A DNA stretch of 64,000 bases, from positions 144,582 through 208,581 of the forward strand of contig NW_005434568.1 in assembly GCF_000315625.1 (NCBI RefSeq), given 5' to 3'. The notes under the pieces were generated by a model. That model did no database searches. It was not told the DNA's origin and worked only from the letters and a program-made list of their open reading frames with translations. The stretch is from Guillardia theta CCMP2712. Taxonomy: Eukaryota > Protista > Cryptophyta. A program made the position numbers and the translations under genes. This document shows, one piece after another, positions 22,601 through 35,658 of the stretch. Numbering within the stretch: the stretch's first letter is position 1; every line of letters starts with the position of its first letter.

Positions 22601-24006
22601 CTTCCTCACGGAATTCATGGAGGGGGGCAACCTGCAAGAGTTCTTCGAGGCCAAGGGACGCGCATGGCGGCCCTCCCTCCTCCTCGTCCTCCAGTGGGCG
22701 CGCGACCTCGCTCGTGCCCTCTGCTGCCTCCACTCGCACACTCCTCCGATCGTCCACAGGGACCTCAAGCCCTGCAACCTGCTCCTCTCCGCGTCCGGCC
22801 ACCTGAAGCTCGCCGACTTCGGCCTCAGCCGGTGAGGGAGGAATGGGAGGGAACGAGGCAGGGGCAGTGGAGAAGGCAGAGGCAGGGGAAAGCGAGGAGG
22901 AGGAAGATTCTGATTGATTTTAGGGTTCTTGGAGGAGGCAACGAGACTTCAACCTACACCATGACAGGCGTGACAGGAACCTTGAGGTAATCCCTCCTCC
23001 TTGACTCCCTCCTCCCTCCTCTCTCCTCTCGGCTCCTCTTCCTGCTGCTCTGTCCCTCTCTTGCTCTCTTTCCCCTCTCACCTTTCTTAGCAACTGCTTC
23101 CTCCTCCTCCTCCTCCTCCTCCTCCTCCTCCTCCTCCTCCTCCTCCTCCTCCTCCTCCTCCTCCTCATCCTCATCCTCATCCTTTCGTGCAGGTACATGG
23201 CACCAGAAGTCGTTCGGTGCGAGCCCTACAATCAGAAGGTGAGCGAAGGGATCTTGAGACCGGCCAAGGAGGTGGGGGGAAGGGGGGACGGAGAAGAGGA
23301 GGGAGAGCGGGAGGAAGAGAAAAGCAGAGCACGAGCACGAGCAGGAGGAGCACGAGGAGCACGAGCAGGAGACTGACAGGAAGCAGGTCGACATCTACTC
23401 GTTTTCTCTCGTCCTCTGGTTCATGTGCACGGGTGAGATGCCCCTGCGCTCATGCAGCCACAACGACTTCGTCATGGCGGCTCGTAGGTGAGGACAAGAG
23501 CAGACCAGCACTCCTCCCTCTCCTCCCTCCACCCTCCATCTCTTCACCCTTCCTTTCTCCCTCCCTCCACGACCTGAAAAACGCTCTCTTTCTTCCTTCT
23601 CCTTTGTTTCGTATCTCAAATTCAACCAGGAAGCAAAGGGTCCGGCCCCCGCTCTACCGCATCCTCTATAAAACCCTGGCCGGTAATTCTCTCCTCGCTT
23701 CCCCCCCCCCCTCTCTTCTACTCCTGTCTCCTGTCTCCTTCTCGTCTCTTCTCTTCTTCTACTCCTTCCTCTCCTCTCCTGCTTCTCTCTACTCGCTCCT
23801 CGTCCCTCTTCTTCTCTTCTCCTTCCTCCCCTTCCCTCACTCTGGATGCAGACCTCATGGCAAGGTGCTGGGACGACTCCTCCTTAGCTCGTCCCTCGGC
23901 TCTTCAAATCCTGGGAGAGCTGGAGGCGATGAATCCTCCCGACCCTCTCCTGCCCGCTGCCTCGCCTCGCCCGTCCCCTTCCTCTCCGGAGTACTACCTC
24001 AACTGA
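19672..24006 (+). CDS. Tyrosine-kinase-like (MAP3K/Raf-like) protein kinase, multi-exon; kinase exons about 21887-24006, 5' exons tentative
   Basis: LGEGEQGCVY, VAK, NEIRVL..HHPN, HRDLKPCN, DFG, GTLRYMAPE, DIYSF, CW....RPS across GT-AG introns; two N gaps in the 5' part. Confidence 0.88.
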
Positions 24007-24206
24007 TAACCTCTTCTCTCCTTCCTTCCTCTTTCCTCCTGCTCTTTATCTGTTTCCTCCTCTCTTTTCTTGTATATTCATTCATTCCTGTACGTTAAGA
24101 TGTAAACTATCGCTTTTAGTACGCAAACTCTCGTACGCCAACTCTTCTTCCCTCTCCTTCTCCTCGCTATTTCTCTCCTCCTCCTCCTCCTCGTCCCTCT
24201 CCCTCC

Positions 24207-24932
24207 TCATGCCACAGCTGGCTTGCCTTCTCCAGGAGGAAATCTCGAGACAACGATGCCATGTACCTTGCGAGCGACGTCTCTCGTCCAAGTTCTGAGG
24301 TGCCGCACAGCTATCACACTCCTCTTGCTGACCTCCTCCTGCACCACTTCCCATCCTCCTCCTCCCCACGACTGGATGCAGCGATTGAGCTCCTCCAGGT
24401 CCTGCGTCAACCGCCGCTGAACTGCTTCCTGATATTTCTTGTCTCCAACTACTGTGGGCAGGTTCTCAAACCTCCTCCTCACCTCCTCGTACGCCCTGAG
24501 CGTCTTAGCCCACACCCACTCCCTCGCCGGCTTGTCCCAGTAGAGGAAGGCGGCGATGGCTGCTGGGATGGAGAGTTTCACGGTTGTGGCCAGCACTCCT
24601 CCTCCTGCTCCTCCTGCTCCTCCTCCTTGCTGCTCCATCGCAATCCTGTCCTGCTTCCCCACCACATCCCTCACGAATCCTCTCGCTTTCGTCACTCCAT
24701 CGTTGAGATACTCGCGCTCGATGTTGAGGGAGGAGAAGTAGAGCAGCACGTTTTTCACCACCGGAACCTCGTTCATCCTCTTCCCCTGGAACTCCAACTG
24801 GAGCAGCTCCCGAGACAGCATCTTCATGAAGTTTCCTGTGCTCAGCAGCACATCAGTGACCAGCTCCTTGTTCTCGCTCAGCGCTGCCCCTGCGAGCACT
24901 CCTCCTGCTAAGTACACGATGCCGCGGACCAT
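24207..24932 (-). CDS. Hypothetical protein with two hydrophobic segments
   Basis: Intronless ORF of about 241 aa with protein-like composition; no confident family. Confidence 0.7.
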   Translation of the reverse strand: MVRGIVYLAGGVLAGAALSENKELVTDVLLSTGNFMKMLSRELLQLEFQGKRMNEVPVVKNVLLYFSSLNIEREYLNDGVTKARGFVRDVVGKQDRIAMEQQGGGAGGAGGGVLATTVKLSIPAAIAAFLYWDKPAREWVWAKTLRAYEEVRRRFENLPTVVGDKKYQEAVQRRLTQDLEELNRCIQSWGGGGWEVVQEEVSKRSVIAVRHLRTWTRDVARKVHGIVVSRFPPGEGKPAVA

Positions 24933-26234
24933 GGCGATCGCTGCGGACTTTGTTAGCACTGGAATGCATCTTTCATGACATTGTCAGCGCTGAAGTGCAT
25001 CTTTCACGCCCTTGGAGTTTCTCCTGCCCCCAACGCTTTATCGTGCAACTCAGGCATCATCGTTATCAACATGGTCGGCTGCATCTACTACTCTCCTATC
25101 TCCGTCGTCACATCTCAAACGAAACCTTGTTGTTACATCTCCATCCATCTCACTGCCAACACCTTCCTTGCCATTCAACCTCCACTCTCATCGCATTCTC
25201 TTCCTTCACATGACCTCTCGTTACCAACTCCGCTGATCAATCGCTCCCTCACAATCATCCATCCCATTCCCCCTTCCCTTTGCTCCACAACGACCAGCAA
25301 AATATCCTTCAACTCAATACATCCTATACATCAGACAGGAGAGGATCTTCGAAAACTTGTAGCTCCTCCATGCTCTGCTTCCTCTACGTTTACATCGCAT
25401 CTTCCTCTTGCTTCCCTTCCCCTTCTCCTCCTCCTCCTCCTCCTCCTCCTCCTCCTGCGCTCCTACCGCCCCTCATTTCGAATGAAACGTTTCTTGCCAT
25501 TACCGATCACCCACCCCACCCCCTTATGTTCATCCTTGAATTTCCCACCCCCTACCATATCGTTCAAAATTACTACCCACCTCGATGAAACATTTTCTGT
25601 ACCCCACCATAGAATCTATCGAAAACAAATTATGATATAGGGGGTGGTATAACCTCCCGTAACACTAATTTCAACCACCACCTATCTACCCCCTCCCCTA
25701 CCACCCACCTGCCACCCCTACTCCCACAAAGGTTCAATTCAACCACTACCACAACCCCAAACACACCCCACCCACTTGGATCACAATGTCCGCAGTTCAT
25801 GAAGTACCCCCTATTTATCCTATTAGGTACCCCTATTTGATGGGATTCTTCATTCGACTGGTCACCCCACCCCTTCATTCATACCACCCCGTACGCACTT
25901 TGTGACGATTGCAACGAGGGGAGATCCGCCCCAAACAATTTTAAATTTCGGTTGAAATATTTCTAACCTTTTCGCCATAATTTCAAATAATCCAACATAA
26001 GTTACCTACAAATTCAGGAAATTCGCTGGCCCCCGACGTCCCTTCCGGGCCGTCAAGAGAGACTTTTGAAAAACAATTTATACGTTTATAATTATTGGCT
26101 CTAAAGTTTTATATTTCTAAGTACAAATTTCAATGTAAAACAGTCTCAGAATTTCTGTACGCAACTTTGGGGGTCACTTGTGACTAAAATAACTAAACAT
26201 TGTGGTACATTCATGCCATGATTTCAAAAAGGCG

Positions 26235-27150
26235 TGTACCGTCAGCGCGACGCGGCCGGGCGCCGCCTCGTGACGGCCCGGCCCGGCCAGCAGGCTTACG
26301 ACGGCGGCCGCGTGGCCGCCAGTAGTGACTCGGAGTCCCGGTCGGGCCTGACCGTCAGGCGGCCTGAGCCGCGCGGCTACGGCGGCCCGGGCGTACGGTA
26401 CCCGGGCGGGTCTCCCGGGCCGGGGCCCGGGGTCGCCCGCCGTGAGTCGGACCGCGGGGGGGCCCAGTGGGGTGACTCAGTCCGACTGTACCGGGTCACC
26501 GGGGCGCGGCGCGCCAGGCGGCGTCCGATACACCGTGGCACGGTCGGACCGTACCGGCGTACTCCCGGCGCCGGGACTCGGACTCGACGGTACGGTACCC
26601 GGCGTACGGTAGTACGGTCGGCGGTCACTGTGACCGCCGGGTCCGGAGTCCGGCCCGACGCCGGTGACTCGTCGGGCGGCCGGCCCTGCCACGGTGGCCG
26701 GCCCGCCGCCGAGTCGTCGGGCCGGTGACCGTCTGATGCCGCCGTTCGCCGGGATCAGCCTGATGATGGTCACCCGGCCGGGCGCCCCGACGGCGGTCGG
26801 TCGGTCACCCGGTCACTGGCCGCTCAGCCGCGCTGAGTCACTGTGTTAAGCCTGAGGTGACGGTTGGAACTCTGAGGCCGCGCTCCGGCGAGAACTCGCT
26901 CCGAGCGGAGTCCCGCCGAACTTCGCGCCCCGGCCTGGCCCGGCCGGACCGGGCGGCCCCGCGGGTGCCGCAGTGCCTGGCGCCGCCGCGCGCGGCTGAT
27001 CAGGGCGGCGGCCCGGCCCGGGGACTCCCCGACAGGAGGCTGAGTCAGCCTTCCGAGACTGAGTGATAGAGTGATAGCCGACTGTCGCCGGACTGGCGAA
27101 GGTCGGATCGGATGAGCTGCCAAGTTGAGAGTTGGCGCCAGTTGACCCCC
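26235..27150. other. Very GC-rich palindrome-word block
   Basis: Same vocabulary as 18050-18930, plus many CGTACG/GGTACC. Confidence 0.8.
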
Positions 27151-27342
27151 GGCCGGGCCCTCATCAGTTGAAGGCTGGGCCCGCCAGCAAAGTGTCTGAA
27201 CTTCCTTGTACGTCATGCCACTCTGAATTCTGTCGCCACGTTTCATTAGAAGTGAATGCTGGGATAACATACAAAAAAGTGTCAGACAACCCCAAGAGGG
27301 GCGTCGTGCTTGCAATGGAACAGCAGGGCAAGACGTTGCGGC

Positions 27343-28195
27343 TCAGCTCTTGTACCACTCTTCGCCTTTCCCACAGAAGCAAGCGCAGTCCTCGGCCTTT
27401 CCCTCGTCGTTGACGATGGAAGCAGGAGTGTCTGCCGGCGAGCCACTGACGCCCACCTTTGAATACCTGCAGATACAGTCAGAGGTCAGAGGGGAACAGA
27501 CAGGGGAGGGGGTTGACCAAGTGAGAGGAAAGCAAAAGGACGAGAAGGAACGAGCACGAGCACGGGCAGGGCAAGGGTCAAGGAAACGGAAAGGGGAAGG
27601 GGAAGGGGCAGAGGAAGTGGAAGGGGAGGGGCAAGGAAGGGTGGTGTGGGGGCGCAGGAATCGAGGAAGAGGGATGAAGCTCACCCAGTCGCACAACGGA
27701 ACTTCTTCGATCCGCTGGAGTAGGTGCAATGCTTCATGCACGTGCAGCCGTAATGCGCATCACCCGATGCTGAGCCGAAGAGCGCCACGTCCTCGATCGG
27801 CGTCCAGCTCGAAGTTCCAGCTGGAGGGGCCAGAACGGATACCCCGAGATCGTTGCACTGCGGATGGCCGACGTGCTGGGAGCACCAACCCTGTCAAAGG
27901 ACGTTATGCCCAGCTGGTGTGGCTCCTCAGCTCGATCACCTGCCCGACATCGGTGTAGCAGAGTCTGTTGGCGTCAGTGAACCGGCATCCCACAGTCTCA
28001 AACGACTGAACGCAGTCTGCCGCCATGCACTTGGCCATCTGCTGCATCTGCTGTGGCGCGACCTTGAAGTCCTTCTGATCCCTCCAGTCGCTGCACTTGA
28101 TGTTCAACCCCTTCGCATTGTCTGGCATGGGCTCCACTGTATCGGCTGGGGGAGGAGGGGGTGGGGGAGGGGGCGCTGAGCCCTCCGAGTCAGAC

Positions 28196-28233
<38 letters not shown>

Positions 28234-29810
28234 CGAGTCTCCTCCACTTGGTCCATTGCTTCCTGGAATTACAAGGGGGGTGACTGGAGCAGGGTTTCCA
28301 CCCACCATGCCCCTACAAGGATAGTAAGAGACAAGACAAGAACATCTTGATCACTGCCGCTGACCTTGGCCCTTGCTCGCCGACAGGTCCTTCGGGTCCG
28401 ACAGGACCAGGGGGGCCCATAGGTCCTGGAGGCCCAACTCTTGAAGGCTGTAGCAGCAGTCAAGCAGTGATCGGCCGCAGGCTCCAAGGCAGGGAAGCAG
28501 CATTCGAAGAGATTCTACAGGCGACACGTAGATGGAAACGCAAACGATAGAGCAAGCAGAATATTGACCCCCCTCTACACCCCACCCGACGCAACACATG
28601 CATCACGACACTGACAAAGGGGCTTCACCTGAGCAGGCCCAGGCTCGCCGGCAGGACCAGTGGGACCATCCTCGCCTACCATTAATCTCAATGGACGCAC
28701 ATCAGCAAGCAATTGCAAGACCTGGGTAACCATTGGGCCCTGTGTCTCCTTTTGGCCCCTCTTTCCCGGGCGCACCGACACGTCCCTAAAGCACGAGTCC
28801 TCTTAGTAACCCTGCGCTAGGACTGCCCGCACCTCCTCTCTCACCTCCGGGCCTGGCAACCCTCTCTCTCCTGGAGGTCCAACCTGCCCCTCTGGGCCTT
28901 GTGCTCCATCAATCCCGTTGTCCCCTGCCTCCCATGAGTACCTTGCCCCAACACGCCACGGCCGTCTCTACCTGGAGGGCCAGGCTTGCCGATGGGTCCT
29001 CTGGGTCCTGGAGGTCCCTTGGGGCCTGGCGGTCCTCGGGGACCATCAGGTCCAGGAACCAGGTTCGTGCCCTGCAGGAGAGGAGAGGGTTCAGCATGGA
29101 GGACTGCAGGTCGCTCTGTTCCTAACCTGTTCCACAGCAATCTCCGTGCCACGAGTGTTCTCCAGTCTCTCCGCCATCTTCCTGAGGCTCTTCTTGAGAC
29201 GATCCTGGGCCTGCAGGATCGAGTCCAGCTGTCCCACTTCTTCTGAGCTGATCTTTGCATCATCCGAGGCGATCGAGTCCTTAGTCCATCCCCACAGCTC
29301 TACGCGGGACGAGGAGAGTCTCTGTAAGCATGCCGTCAGAGGCTATACTGCACTTCTTCAGCAACATTTCACTGCACGCACTCTGCAGAAAACCTCGACA
29401 TCTCTCTCACTTATTCAACCTTGCACTCGCATATGGTTTACACTTGCATAAAACAACAGTTGGATTGCTCTCGACATAACGAAGACAGAAGGAAACCAGA
29501 CCATATACAACAACAGTCTCTCTCGGGTACAAATCAACTGAAGCAGTTAGGAAGTAACCTTTTGAGACTCTTTCTATCATTCATTCCCTCCTGCTCTGCC
29601 CTTTCTCCCCTCCACAACGAGTACAAACATGTCCAATTCTGAGGCAGAATAGGCAACAAGGTGATCAGCATGTCGTAACTTCACTTGCTCATGTTCACTT
29701 TTCACCACCTCTTTCCTCACCGTGTAAGCCACGAGTGCCGCCATCAGCATCGCTGCCGCGGCTGCTCCCCTCGCGCCATCGCGCCATCCCCGCGCGCGAT
29801 CGCCTGCCAT
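27343..29810 (-). CDS. Collagen-like protein: N-terminal hydrophobic segment, coiled coil, Gly-X-Y repeats, GS/Pro linker, Cys-rich C-terminal domain
   Basis: GPDGPRGPPGPKGPPGPRGPIGKPGPPG and further GXY exons; spliced C-terminus ...HYGCTCMKHCTY...DCACFCGKGEEWYKS*. Confidence 0.85.
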
Positions 29811-30693
29811 ACCCCTTGCGAAGAGCCAGCTCATCACCCCTACCCCCTGTTTTTCCATACAATGACCCACCTCTGAGATATCACCAGTAACCACCCAACA
29901 TTTGCCATTACCTGGACCCACCATGATGGCTGTACCCTGACCCTATCTTTGAACGCTAATACCACCGGTGATAATGTTGCTACCTACCCTGAGAAAAGTA
30001 TGTCAATTCGTTGGAGAAGGTACCGGTGGTAGAGACATAGGGGTACTTGTCAACAGAGAGCAGTGATATTGACCCCTACCCCCTAATTTCCCCATGAATG
30101 TCCTTCTCCAACCACCCCTCCGACACCATCATATCGCCCACCCACCCGTGTACTCCCAGTCGGGCTCCGCCACATAAAGGGAAAAATGCGGATCCATGAT
30201 AGACGTACAGGGGAGAGAGTATGGAATGGTGGTGGTGGTGGTGGTGATGATGATGTTGACAATGATGATAAGAAGAGAGAAAATTTCACATGTTGAGGTG
30301 ATGCTGGCGGATCTATGTGAAGAAACTTGCTCGAGAACACGGAAGGAGAGCGAGAATCAACGAGATGTAACGATTCTGGTTGTACACAGAAAGAATAGGG
30401 CAAGAGAATGTAAGGCTGAGATAGGATAAGGATAGGCAGCGAGAGATGAAGAGAAGGAGGGGAGGGTGGGATAGATGATGGTGTGTGTGTTTGAGGGGGG
30501 GGAGAAGAAACCGACGGGTCTAAAGCTCCACATGCTCATATTCCTTCGCAGATGTGCTCAACAAGGACTACCCTGCAATAAGACCTTCTAGAGTATCCAA
30601 CAATCTCTCTGTCGTTTCCTAATCCACTCCCTTGCTCCTGCTCCTCCTGCTCCCCTGATCATTTCACCCCCCTGATCCTTGTCGCTCCTCATC

Positions 30694-33339
30694 ATGGTGA
30701 TCCTCGCGACTTTAGCCAAGTCCGCCTGCAGGAGCAGCATGTTACGAGGATCTCACCGGCAGCTCGTCAGGATCTCAGGTGGTCCCAAGGCTGGAGCATG
30801 GAAGCTCGTCTCGTTCCGCCGCATGCTCGTGGGCTGCGGTATGGGGGTAGCAGCTTCCTCCGTTATCCTCATCACGTCTGCCTCCTGCCAGTCGGTGAGA
30901 GAGTACGACTTCGTCATTGTAGGAGGAGGAATGAGCGCGGTAGGAGGACTAGTGGGCCTGCGAGAGGAGAACCCCCAGAGCTCGGTGGTGGTGGTGGGAG
31001 GAGAGATGGGCACGTTCAAGCGTCTGCTGGAGGAGGAGGGGGCGGAGATGGCGAGGAGGACAAGGGTGGGGACTGTTGCCAGCGCCAAGGAGATGCAGAA
31101 TGTTGGGTTCGAGGTTGCTGAGGTGGAGGAGCTGGACGTTGATGGGCAGATGATCGTAATGAAGGATGGGCAGAGACTGAGGTGGCGACGGGGCTGCCTG
31201 CTTGCAACAGATCCGCAGGTAAGAGGAAGACCTCGCAGTTGCTAGAGATTGTCATTGTCATCATCGTCATCATCGTCGTCATCATCGTCATCGTCATCAT
31301 CATCATCATCGTCATCGTCATCATCATCGTCAGCATCAGCATCAGCATCAGCATCAGCATCATCATCGTCATCATCATCATCATCGTCAGCATCAGCATC
31401 ATCATCCGCATCATCATCCGCATCATCATCATATCATCATCATCATCCGCATCATCATCATCGTCGTCGTCATCATCATCTCTATAGTCCTCGCCATCAT
31501 CATCCTCACTCTTGAGCTCTAGGTGGAGAAGCCGCATGAATTCGTCCTTGACGCGTCCTCGTCCTCCCGTGTCAAGTTCGTCGGTGATGGCGAGGAGAAG
31601 CTCAAGTTCGTTGACGACAAGGATGCGCACGTGGTGGTGGTGGGGGGAGGAGCCGCGGCTTGTGCTAAGAGCACGGAGCTCGTGCGGGAGGGCGTCAGAG
31701 TCGCGCAGATCTTCGAGGAAGGAACGCCCATGGCTCGCCTGCTCCCCCACTACGTCGGCTCCTACATCATATGGCACCTCAAACGGCTCGGAGTAGACGC
31801 GCAGGTACTGACAATCGAGGTCCCTCTGTTATACCGACCAACCACCCCCCCTTCTACTCTCCTTGCCCCACACTGTACCCCCTGTTCCTTGTTTCCCTTG
31901 CATACCCCCTCATCCTTCCCGCTCCTCTCCCTCGTCCTCCCATCCACCCACCTCACCGTTCCTCTCGTCCTTCCTCCCCCATCCCTCTCATCCTGCCCAC
32001 CTCCTCCTCTGTCTCTGGTTGTGGTCTCTCTTCCTCGATCTCTTCCCCGTCTCCTTCTGTGTAGTTGTCTCCTCATGTTTCCGTCTCTCACATGGTCTCA
32101 GCCCTACTCGAAGCTGCAGTACTGCCGCGCATTGGGGCAGGAAGACGCAAAGGGAGACAAGCAGCTGGAGGGGGTGCTGGAAATCTACGTAAGGAGGACA
32201 TACGATGCTCTAGATGTCAAGAAGTACATCACAGACTTCCTCCTCTACTTCGCGCAGAAGATCAAGTATCCTCCCCTCCCTTCTCCCTCCTCCCCCTTCC
32301 CTCCCCCTTCCCCGCTCCCCCTCCTCCCTTTCTCCTCCTTCCTCCCTCGTCTTACTTGCTTCTCTCACACTTTCCCGCAGCTTCTCGTCAGGCTATCTCC
32401 TGGCCAACGCTACCAACTCTCTCGAGATGTTGCCCTCCGGCGAGCTCATCGCCAACTGCGAGCTCTGCCTCCGCTCCTCCCTCTTCGCAGCCGGACCCAT
32501 GGTCTCCGTTCCTCATCCTCTATTCGGCCGCCTTGTTCTCCAGGACAAGGAGGAGGCCTGGGTCAGCGGGGTCTGTGCGGGGAGGAACATGGCGGGGCGA
32601 CGGACGGTGTACAGGTAATGAGGAGGACGAGGAAGGGAAGGGGGAGTTTGGACGAGGATGAGGGGAACGAGGAAGAGGGCAAGATGAGGGAGAGTGAAGC
32701 AGGAGAGGGGGAGGAGCAAGGAGCAAGGGGGACGAGGACGAGGACGAGGACGAGGGAGGAGGACTGACTTGAGTGGGCAGGCACGTCCCGGTTCACAACT
32801 CAGTGAAGCTGGGAGGAGATTTTGAGCTGCTGTGCGTGGGGGAAGTGAACTCGAGCTTGGAGACCGTCGGGTTCTGGTCGATGAGGAGATGGCAAATGCA
32901 GCAAGAACCCAGCACAAACGGCATGCCGAGGAGGCGATCCAGTGGAAGAGGAGGAGGAGAAGACGACTTTCTCCCGGTGATGCCACAAAGCGGTGTGCTC
33001 TACTTCCTGAAGAAGGAGCGAGGAGAGCGGGGAGGGGGCACGGAGGAAGAGAAGCGGCTGGTGGGCGTTGCCCTGGTCAACATGCCGGAGGGAGGAGCGG
33101 AGGTGGCGCGGGAGGCCATCAGGCAGCGGAGGAGGGTGAGGGAGGGAGAGGACCTGCGGCAGCTGATCGCCGTGGAGAGTTGCGAGAGCGGGCAGAAGGC
33201 GCTGAAGAGGACGACAGAGGGGAAGGCGAACGCTGCTCCTCCTCCGCGGCACAACACGGTCGGGGCCAACAACGACAAGTGGACGAGGGCCATCTTCGGG
33301 ACGCTGCCGGATGAGCGACCCCCGGGGAAGATGCGATGA
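30694..33339 (+). CDS. Apoptosis-inducing-factor (AIF)-like mitochondrial flavoprotein, multi-exon
   Basis: Arg/Ser-rich presequence plus hydrophobic segment; YDFVIVGGG; VAQIFEEGTPMARLLPHYV; C-terminal CVGEVNSSLETVGFW...GVLYFL...LVGVALVN resembles AIF_C. Confidence 0.75.
31250..31506. repeat. Intronic (CAT/CGT/CAG)n microsatellite
   Basis: Directly visible. Confidence 0.95.
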
Positions 33340-33349
33340 AGCCTCGGAG

Positions 33350-34200
33350 GACCAATGAAGCTGCCGGGCCCGGAGGAACTTGCAGGCCCGGGGCTGGGGG
33401 ACTCGCCGCCGGGCCAGCCGCCTCGCCGCGCCCGGGGCATGCTGAGGGGTTTCAGTTTGGTGACTTGGATGCGGAGAGGTCGTACTAGCCGATCATGTGT
33501 CGGACTCGGACGTCATCAGGGAGAGTTCACGGTTGGAGATCGGACTCGGCTGAGGGCCGTGGGAGCCTGAGCGGTGGGACTCCGGGAGCTGAAAAAGTTC
33601 AAGCAGGGCTCACTTTTTGTAATCAGTCAGGACTCTGTGAAGCGGCCCAGTGGCACCTCAACTGACGCGTCGGACGGTCCGACGGTCATGCCAAGATCAA
33701 CTTGAACGGTTGGTGCCGCGACCGGGTGCCGTCACGGCCGGGCCGCGGGCGCCTGCTCCCGAGTCCTAGCCGCCGCTGGCCCCGGCGGCCACTGCTCCGG
33801 CCGACACGACCGTACGGTGGGAGGCTCGGATACTATAGCTGAGCCTCGGAGCGCCCGGAGTTAAGCGTCACAGAGTCTCGGCGAGTAAATTTCCCCTGCC
33901 ACCGTCAGACTGAGTAAACAGGCTGCCACGGTGCCTTCGACGGCGCCGCAGCCGCGCGGCGGTATGAGAAACCGTTTGAAACCGAGGATCATCCGCCCTC
34001 AGTGCTCGGACAGTGCACTGATGACCACGCCGTCATACCGGGCCGCCCTGTCGGATCGGACCGTGGCCGACTCGAACTTGAGTCGCCGCCCGGCGGGGCC
34101 CCCGTGGGGGGCCGCGGGCAAGTTACCCCGGGCCGGAACCGTTTCACTACTTGCCGGGCATCTGAGGTAACCAACAAACCGGGCCTCAGGCTCCGAAGAA
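33350..34200. other. GC-rich palindrome-word block
   Basis: CCGG, GGCC, GACTC, CGGACGGTCCG and CCGTACGG words; non-coding. Confidence 0.7.
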
Positions 34201-35282
34201 TACCGCTGCCATGGTCCCACCCCCACCCCTGTCCCTGACACTCACAGCTACCCCTGGTCAGCCTAGGACGGTAGTAACAAGGAACGGGACCGTGCCGTCG
34301 TGCTGAAGATCACTATGATGAGGGGGGTGGTCGAGAGCCTCTCCCCGTCCCCCCGGAGGGGTGGGGGTTCGAGCATCATGACGATCCGAGTCCGTACAGT
34401 CTTAAAAAGGAGAGGGATAGGGGTGGTTGTTACGGTGAGGGAGGGTGGTAGGGTGTTTGGGGGGGGGGGGGGGGGGGGGGGTACTATTGCCATATGGGGA
34501 ATGCTGTTTTGCTGAACGATCCCCGAAGGAAGGTAGGGGGGTGGGGTGAATACAAGGAGGGGGTGGGGGTGGAAGGGCGGAAGCAGGTAACAGCGTGTCA
34601 CGGGGGTGAGGGCATAACCTCAAAGATCATTTGCACAGCGGGTAGGGTAGGGTGTTAATACTACCCGTACTGAGAACGTTGAAAAGGGAGGGTTGGGGTA
34701 ATCAACTCGATCAAGGGTAGGGTACCGCAGGAAAGTTTGTAGATACGAGATGTCCTGGGGTACACCGGCATGGAATTAGTAGGGTAGGGGTACGGTACAG
34801 GGGTGGCCCTAGGGTCGACGACAATGTGTTGGAACAAACGATGAGCGACGGGAGGGCCAGGAGGAGGGAGAATGAGCAGACGTGTTGTGGTAGGACAAGA
34901 TGAGTTGGGATGAGATGAAGTAAGACAGGATGAGAAGGACAAGATGAAGTACGATGGGATGAGATGATGTGAGGTAGGATGAAGTTGGATGGCACGAGAA
35001 GTACTAGGATGATGTAGAACTGAAGGTGCAGCATGAGATGGTGAGGCGATGCTGAACAGATATGGGCATTATTTGATTTCAAAAAGATGGTAGATTGAAA
35101 TGAGAGCTCGAACTCTCTTGTTGCGCACTGCAGCCGTCGAAAGAGCTCATCTCACCCGTGACATGCAGACGATGCGTTGTTGGAGGATCGGCGCCAGTGG
35201 CAGGAGATCGCAGCATGCTGATGGGGCTGCTTCTTGTGGGCGTGCGATCGCTTTCATGTGTTTGCTCTAAAAGGACAAGTCA

Positions 35283-35610
35283 ATGGACGAGTTTCAATCC
35301 TGGGACTCTGCCATGAACGGTGACGGAGAGCGTGGGATACCCGAGGAGGATCAATCAAGGGAGACGCGCTCATCCCCAGGGACTGACGGAGAGGAGGACG
35401 TTGAGATGTCTGTAGGAGGAAGCGATCGAATTGTACCTCAGCAGCAGGAAGCATCGTTGAATGTGGGGATCCTCCAGGAGCAGAATCGAAGACTCTACTT
35501 TCAGCTGCTGCAGAAGGCAGAACGGACGGTGGCTGAGGGTGGGAAAAACTTTCCTCCGATGTTTGTAAAAGAGAAGGAGCAAGAGAAGGAGCAAGAGCAG
35601 GAGAAGGAGA

Positions 35611-35658
<48 letters not shown>

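Noticed and set aside
24207-24932. DUF1664-like assignment
   Set aside because: Only a vague layout resemblance; needs an HMM search
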